DNA of 54,132 nucleotides, filler included, from Catajapyx aquilonaris (lineage: Eukaryota), in NCBI GenBank assembly GCA_000934665.2. It is 2 parts of 2 records of this genome, joined end to end, with 100 filler letters (N's around TTAATTAATTAA, not from the genome) between each part and the next. Parts side by side here need not be neighbours in the genome. Positions count along the whole stretch, not along the records: positions 27,053 to 54,132 come from JYFJ02005132.1; 1 more part is not named here. One strand, 5' to 3'. The position numbers and the translations under genes are program-made. Below, one piece after another: positions 48,451 to 54,132 of the stretch; position 1 is the stretch's first letter; every line of letters starts with the position of its first letter. The notes beneath the pieces are model-generated. The model had not been told where the DNA came from. It did no database searches and worked only from the letters and a program-made list of their open reading frames with translations.

Positions 48451-51400
48451 TCAATATCCTGCCGCGTCTCCCTGCTTGCGGAAGTCTGCGTTTGCATAAA
48501 CCCAATCCGAATCTGTCGAGACTCCGTTGATTATTGAAGCCCAGTGGTCAAACAGCTCCATTTTGTGGCCCAGCTTCCGAAGCCCTTGTAAATATTTCTG
48601 AAGCAGAAAAGAGGGGAGGGGGGAAAAAAACACACTCATTGGTGATCATGGCCGAATGGAGCAAGTAATTACCTCATTGAATCCTTCTTCATACTGAATA
48701 GTCATTGGAATGAGTTGGTGGTGCAATCGACGAGCATCAATCGCTTGCTTCAGGTCATCATGAAACCATAAGTACCTCATCGCCATCTGCGGAAAAATAC
48801 CGTATTAATTAGCTTACATCCGTGTTATGCATATTTATGTAATTAATGTTACATGGAATCCAAATAACTTACAAAAGCAGTAGTGGAAGTGATTTTGGAT
48901 CCTCCAGCAGCTCCGACAACTAGCTTTGGTCTGCCATCCTTACCGACAAATATCGCAGGACACATGGAAGACAGCGGCCTCTTTCCTGGTTCTATGTAAT
49001 TTGCAGCTGTGGGAGGAAGGTTGAAGTAATTCGTCATGTTTGGGGCTGAGAAGTCGTCCATCTCGTCATTCAGGATTATGCCAGTGTGTCTCGAACGAAG
49101 CATCGATCCGTAACTGAAACCGAGTGAATCATCAGCAATATGACAGCATTTTCTGAAAAAATTGCTACTCACTACAAATTAACAGTAGACGTAGCGGACA
49201 CAGCGTTTCCATCTTTATCTATGACGGACATGTGAGACGTCCCATGTTCCTCAGGCTGCTGGTAATTCTCCACCCCGTAATGCTCCGGATCACTGAAGGT
49301 CCTGGTGTCGACTATGGACTCTCTGATAATGTCCGCATATTTGGGCGAAGTCAGATTGTCCATTAGTCCGGCAACACTCACAAACTCGGCGTCCCCAAAC
49401 TCCATCCGTCGGGCGTACGTGAATTTAAAAGCCTCCACAATCCGGTGGTATGTCAAGATAGCCTTTTCCTCCGTGTCCATATCAGACGGAGACATCCCGT
49501 ACCCCTTCAGTATATTGAAAATAAATGCCATCAAAGTCCCGCTTCCAGACAGCGGAGACGTATATAAGGAGAGATCGCCGTGAAGCTGTGCCGTGATTGG
49601 CTCCTGCCATTTCACTCTAGAATCAGGAAATAAAATGGATGAGCACTGGTTTTTTAGCGTTACTCTAAGGCCAGGTTTCACCATGGTTTTAATAACGAAT
49701 GGCCATAGCAACCATTGTTGGCACCATTCAAAAGTAAGGCTATTTCCAGATGAAACTGGGATTTGTATAACCTGCTTTGTGAAACCCGGCCTAAAATCCG
49801 CAACTCACTTGTAATTGGCCAGATCCTCCTTCGTAACGATGCTCCCCATTTCCTGAAGGTCTTCAAGCAGCAAGTTGGCCAGACTTCCATTGTATATGGC
49901 ATCTCCGCCTTCCAGTGCCACCACGTCAAGAGTCGTGGCCAGGTCCATCCTCGTAACCATGTCACCCTCTTTCCATACGGTGCCAGTCTTCGGATTGACC
50001 AGGATTTCCTTCATGGTAGGCGAGGACATGATGGCCTCCTTCTTCACGTTCATGGCATTGGCTGCGTGGGGAGTCACCTTGAAACCCCTGCGACACAGCT
50101 GAGACGTCGGGTACACCACCTAGAAAGCATCATCGTGAATGAAGCAGCCCCAGGGAAGGTTGCGGACTAACACACCTGACTCCATGGCAGCTTTCCGTAT
50201 CGCTGATGCGCCTCCCAGTAGCCCCGTAGCTCCCCCGGCACAGCTATAGACAACGGGCCATCCTGCGCGAGGCTTGAATTTCCTTCGTACATGTCCCTGT
50301 ATGCCGCAGATGGTGCTGTCTCTCTGGCGTCCAATGCTACAGATAGGTTGCGGTCTCGGAGGTAAATGATCATCAGAAAGCCGCCGCCAATTCCCATACT
50401 CTGGGAAACCACCACACCCAAGCACAGCATCGTGCCGACCGCTGCATCCACCGCATTACCACCATCCTTCATCAGATTGCTGAAAGAACAGGCTGTCAAA
50501 TTTGCATCCACAGTTTGAGCCAAGTAATCCGCACCTGCCGATTTCTGAACAAGGCTGTGCGTCTGAGCTGACGGCAGCATGCTTAAACCTATGGAGGGTC
50601 GAAGGTGAAGGGTGGTACCTCGGAGTTTCACTGACAAAGAGGGCTAGTCCGATAATCAGTCCCACAAGAAGCAGAGTCAGCAGCACGCCCACTATTATCA
50701 GCCGTTTCTTGCTAATTGTTACACTGGAAAAAGATGAACAGTAAAGTCACGTAATATGTTAAGCTACGCACAGAGTACATATATCTAACTAGCAAGGCAA
50801 CTTGTGAAACAACGCTCCCAAAATATGTAAATACAGTTGCAGCTTTTACAATAAGCATGTGCCTGTTGACATCACAACATAACGTACAACGTTCATTCAT
50901 TCATTACACTCACGGCATATTCCCAAGATGGGGTTACCAGCAATTACCAGGCCTGTATGTATAATCATATCAACCTATCCATTATATCCTTTGCGTGGCC
51001 TGAACAGTCACTGAAGGATTCATTAAACTGGTCATACGAGATGGTCACGTGGATTGCACCTGGTCATCGCTGGTAACCCCATCTTGGGAATATGCCATGA
51101 GTGTAATGAATGAATGAATGAACATAACGTACAACAATAAAGCAAAAAAACATAAGCGACCCTACGTCACTTCCAAGCAGGTCGTACATGTAACGTTAAA
51201 AACCATGGTCTATGTACTCCTACATGTAATGGTTAATCCTGATTTTCCTGGTCAAAACATACTTCAGTTTAGGGATCATACGCCTTCTGGACTTCCTCGG
51301 ATTCTTCCTCCGGACGGCAATGGAATCCAGGAGGAGATTTCGAGTTGCGCTAACTCCTTCCTCAATATCCATAGAATCTGAATCAGTGTCTTCCATCATG

Positions 51401-51456
51401 GTCATCATGGTCAGGCGAACTTCTCCACAGTTTTGGTTCCGTTCTCTCTGCCTCAT
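48451..51456 (-). CDS. Gamma-glutamyl transpeptidase / glutathione hydrolase (type II membrane protein), ~647 aa
   Basis: Exons 51263-51456, 50535-50723 (TM anchor), 50176-50479, 49809-50119, 49173-49616, 48873-49113, 48673-48786 and 48451-48597 (1944 nt in frame). Motifs [33 protein letters not shown] (catalytic Thr), [18 protein letters not shown] and GAAGGSKI. The first exon assignment is less certain. Confidence 0.93.
49669..49791. mobile_element. MITE family A copy in a GGT intron
   Basis: TAA|GGCCAGGTTTCAC...GTGAAACCCGGCC|TAA. Internal AGCAACCATTGTTG...GTAAGG is shared with the 41137 copy. Confidence 0.78.
50891..51120. mobile_element. Insertion with ~60-bp inverted arms ending in (TTCA)n/(TGAA)n, flanked by a 15-bp direct repeat
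   Basis: AACATAACGTACAAC at 50876-50890 and 51121-51135. Arms TTCATTCATTCATTACACTCACGGCATATTCCCAAGATGGGGTTACCAGC / GCTGGTAACCCCATCTTGGGAATATGCCATGAGTGTAATGAATGAATGAA. Confidence 0.8.
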
Positions 51457-51984
51457 CTGCACATTAAGTGTTTCATAGCACACAAATCAGCAAAACCATC
51501 GTTTTTTAAAAATTTTGATAGTCTGTCATGAAGCCCATGAGAAATACTGTACAAGCGATTGGATAAGAATATAGAGGACATGCATTTCTGTTCCAGGTAA
51601 TTACGTCTACAGTCGTCCAGAATAATATTAGCAACACCGTATTAGTCGGTAATTTACAAACCAATTATATCAGTGTTAAAACGTTACACTGTCACCATCA
51701 ACATTCCTACCCTGTACATGCATTTATAGCAGGTCGTACATTGTTAGTCAGCTCGCAACGAACGCTAAAATGAATGCGGAAAAGCAAAGAAAATGTTACA
51801 ATGAACCTGCATGCACAATCCACCCGTAATATTAAAACCGCAGATAATGAAGGCCCCAAAAAAAGAGTACCGTATGAGCACAGTACTTCCGTAGCAAATC
51901 ATGCAGTTTCATGGTGCCCAGATATGCCAGAATTATTTTTAATAAATTAATTTTTTACGCATTTTTTTTTTCATGAACAACTGA

Positions 51985-52125
51985 AGGTGCGTTTACATGT
52001 TAGCAATTTGATCGTGTGATGACATCGCCAGCGGTAACATCGCTGCTTAACCAAAGTATTGTTTAAGGCAAAAACAGATTGTTACTTTCACCTCATTGCT
52101 CGGCGGCTCACATGTAAACGCACCT
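51985..52125. mobile_element. MITE family B copy
   Basis: TGA|AGGTGCGTTTACATGT...ACATGTAAACGCACCT|TGA: 16-bp perfect TIR and a 3-bp duplication. Confidence 0.78.
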
Positions 52126-52164
52126 TGAATAACAAATCTTACATATGCTGTATCATGTAGTATA

Positions 52165-53032
52165 CAGGGTGGCCGGTAAATGGCGCACAAGCTTCAGGTA
52201 GCGAGATTCCTTGTGAAAAACCAGTATATGGAAGTGAAGGTCATATTGCTCTACGAGGCCTGGTTAGGGCTCACGAGGTCTCCAAAGTTTGGGCCCAATC
52301 ATGACTTCACATCCGCCTGCGAAATTCAAACACTACCGTATCGCTACCGTCCGCGGTGCGTTGCCAGGGGTTGCCAAGTTGACATCCCCCACATTTCCAC
52401 ACAACAATAATATATAATAATAATAATAATAATGGATACCCCGTGATAGGCCCCTTGGGCCTCTTAGGGGATCATCTTTTGAAAACCCGACTTTAATCAT
52501 TTGCCTGTAATGTGATGGATTTGGCTAGTGGGAGGAAATGGGAGAACCCCGAGAAAACCCACGCGAACACGGAGAGAACCCATTGAAACTCTATCCACAT
52601 AAGTATCCTCCGTCCGACCCGGGGATCGAACTCGGGACCTTAGAGGTGGAAGGCTGTGGCTCTAACCACTCAGCCACCGTGTCGCCCACGATTTCCACAC
52701 AACAATGGAACCGTATAAACTGGCTGGGACGTTGCCAGGCATTGCCATACCATCGTCGCCGCGTGCCTGGCAACGTCCGAGGGAGTTTATACGGTTTCAT
52801 TGTTTGGTGAAAATGTGGGGGATGTCAACATGGCAACAAACCGTGTACTGTAGCGATACGGTATTGTTTAAATTATGCGGGTGGATGTGACGTCATGATT
52901 TGGTCCAAACTTTGGAGACCTCGTGAGCCCTAACCAGGCCTCGTAGAGCAATATGACCTTCACTTCCATATACTGGTTTTTCACAAGGAATCTCGCTACC
53001 GGAAGCTTGTGCCCCATTTACCGACCACCCTG
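52165..53032. mobile_element. Mariner-type palindromic MITE (~570 bp once the nested SINE is removed)
   Basis: TA|CAGGGTGG...CCACCCTG|TA. The arms (52165-~52408 plus 52707-~52740, versus ~52762-53032) are reverse complements over almost the whole length. Confidence 0.9.
52409..52690 (-). mobile_element. tRNA-derived SINE with a V-SINE-like central domain
   Basis: Minus strand: GGGCGACACGG, A box TGGCTGAGTGG, B box GAGTTCGATCCC, central GTTCTCTCCGTGTTCGCGTGGGTTTTCTCGGGGTTCTCCCATTTCCTCCCAC, a 3' stem-loop and a (TTA)n tail. 16-bp TSD ATTTCCACACAACAAT at 52393-52408 and 52691-52706. Confidence 0.9.
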
Positions 53033-53122
53033 TATAAAAGGAAAAGTTTGTTGGTATGTCCCATCGCCCCTCTACCGCCTGACTGCCATAGCAACAGGGG
53101 GGTCCGGGCCCATAGCAACTTC

Positions 53123-53388
53123 CCCCCGATGGTATCTCCACCTTATCGTGGTGGTGGGGTTTGCGTTTCTCCCGTGACCCCAAGAGCTATGCCGGCCGTA
53201 GCTTCGTCTACTGGTAGGGCCACCCAAGCCGGACAGGTCTTTGGGATAGGAGACAGACTAAGAGAGATGCCAGTCTTTCCTCTCTTCTTTCCCCTCTTCG
53301 TTTCTCTCTCTATCTGTCCCACCTTTGCTTCTTCTTACAGCCAGATAGCCATAGTTGCTTTGGCTTCTTCCAAATAAACCAAACCAAA
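53123..53388 (+). mobile_element. Short non-autonomous retroposon (266 bp): structured LINE-5'-like head, pyrimidine linker, 3' stem-loop and (AAACC)n tail
   Basis: 14-bp TSD CCCATAGCAACTTC at 53109-53122 and 53389-53402; tail CAAATAAACCAAACCAAA; no ORF and no A/B boxes seen. Confidence 0.8.
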
Positions 53389-53511
53389 CCCATAGCAACT
53401 TCATCTTTCCATGCGAAGAATGGGCATCTTGCTATTACTAGCTTAATACAGATTATGTTACCCGTTATCTAGGCTAATTAGTACAACTCCATGTGTCTCT
53501 CTCTGATTTAC

Positions 53512-53699
53512 CTCAACCAGACCCAGACCCAACGTTCACTGTCCTCGCTCTCATCCCGGCCGTGCTGTACTCTACTGATCTGCGCCCCCTCCTCCTCCCC
53601 GCTGTGGACCCCATTCTCCTGCTGCTGGCAGCACCTCCTCCTCCTCTTCCTCGTCTCCGAATCTCCCGAAGGATGAGACCAAGTGGGAGTCTGAACCAT
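53512..53699 (-). CDS. Possible alternative first coding exon (or 5' UTR exon) of the GGT gene
   Basis: MVQTPTWSHPSGDSETRKRRRRCC...WVWVWL ends in AG|GTAAAT, phase 2, which is compatible with the GGT TM exon acceptor at 50723. Confidence 0.35.
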
Positions 53700-54132
53700 A
53701 CTTCTTTGGCATATGGCAACAGACCCGATTGCGTCATCCACCTACGTTCCCTTCCCTTTAATAAGCGGACGTCTCCTGGCCTCTGCTATGCGTGTTCGGG
53801 TGTCTGGTACGGCGAGGGTCGGTCATCTTCGCAGAATTTGAGTGACGCAAAATGCCTGATCAGTTATGCAGGACTTGGAAAGAGTCGGAATCGCCACGAA
53901 TCAGTTCATGGAAGCCACCATCTTGGATCAGGGTGGACAGGTGCAAGGCCAGGTGGATGAAGCAGGGTGGCCAGATCAGGGTACGCGTACCGAAACAAAC
54001 AAACAAACAAACAGTTTTCTACACGTCTACGTAAAGTCCGTTTACTGAAAGAATGAACACACGTCACAGTTGCCCGCCCCAACCCCACTGCAACTCCTTC
54101 CTCCCCCCCAGATCTTCCGTAGATAGTGCCAA

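Noticed and set aside
52615..52687. tRNA gene
   Set aside because: The A/B boxes are the head of a SINE with body, tail and TSD.

Overview
Eukaryotic (arthropod) genomic DNA with spliced genes; no prokaryotic features or CRISPR. Left half (minus strand): the first three coding exons of an orexin/allatotropin-receptor-like class A GPCR with 8-10 kb introns (the gene continues beyond position 1), and a complete 5-exon Rebers-Riddiford cuticle protein that the ORF track misses. A Tc1/mariner remnant runs into an artificial 100-bp scaffold gap (26953-27052). Right half, with compact genes: the first coding exon of MED13 head-to-head with mRpL50, a ~33-exon hobbit/KIAA0100/BLTP2 gene tail-to-tail with mRpL50, a gbb/BMP5-8-like ligand, and a gamma-glutamyl transpeptidase. 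Several MITEs and short retroposons are present. Most interesting: (1) the gbb-like ligand lacks the inter-chain dimerisation cysteine; (2) a 266-bp TSD-flanked retroposon whose head folds into a multi-stem RNA with no pol III boxes; (3) a TSD-flanked insertion with the same (TGAA)n-tailed end at both termini; (4) a V-SINE-like element nested in a palindromic MITE; (5) MED13 stops after exon 1, suggesting the gap is a misjoin. Family assignments are from manual translation and recalled motifs, not database searches.
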